Positions 63,709-64,000 of a stretch of 64,000 nt of DNA are shown piece after piece. The stretch comes from Sphyrna mokarran (Eukaryota). The stretch's first letter is position 1. Each line of letters opens with the position of its first letter. Below the pieces are notes generated by a model. The model saw only the letters and a program-made list of their open reading frames with translations. It made no database searches and had not been told where the DNA came from. The position numbers and the translations under genes were made by a program. The stretch is from NCBI GenBank assembly GCA_024679065.1, contig JAGIQG010000008.1:65162001-65226000 (forward strand). Direction: 5' to 3'.

Positions 63709-64000
63709 GGCCAGAATTTTCCAAATCTCTGTTCACTGCAATGGGACCAGAGAGTCCGGTGTGAATTCTGGCGTGAATGGCTGGAAAATTCCAGCCTTTA
63801 TTTCTTTAGAGATTTGATGTTTGCACCTGTTGCAAGTATATTTCTCTATTTAAGATAATCTGCCCAGAAATCCAAGTGCAACGTAAAGGATAGAGAGATC
63901 CACTGGATTCAATATTCTGGTCGCGGTCACTCCAAGATCAGAAAATTTCCCCCAAGGTTAACAGGCCTTTGCCTGTGGTGACTAGGATGGGAAAATTCTG
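63709..64000. mobile_element. Probable MITE, cut by the window end
   Basis: Left end ggccagaattttcc; the last bases ggaaaattctg are its reverse complement. Confidence 0.45.

Overview
Eukaryotic (vertebrate) genomic DNA. The SINE/LINE/MITE repertoire suggests a cartilaginous fish such as a shark, by inference. The whole window lies inside one + strand gene for a gel-forming mucin (MUC5B/MUC5AC/MUC2 family). Bases 1-~53760 are a tandem array of ~1.3-kb exon+intron units. Each unit has one 210-bp symmetric phase-1/1 exon (ttttgtcttacag|GGCAGG...TCACCAG|gtaagt); 39 copies are visible and the array continues upstream. Each exon encodes GQAIVTSRRSGLCNFTLCTKSCDVLKYTGKC-Q-TTTAPTTPLETTTTVTVTPSTPVSTS-CTCTANGEILSP, so the spliced product is a string of 43-aa six-cysteine modules, each built from two adjacent exons, separated by 26-aa Pro/Thr/Ser linkers. 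Three single-copy exons follow: the paralogous 'parent' Cys module plus short PTS (56817-57007), a VWC-like segment (58064-58238) and the start of VWD4 (62473-62723, WGGDHY rather than GDPH). The array shows two sub-families, higher-order repeats and a divergence gradient toward its 3' edge. Transposon insertions are confined to the edge units, and one sits in a splice acceptor. Almost all ORFs in the supplied track are intronic artefacts; the real repeat exon is missing from the track.
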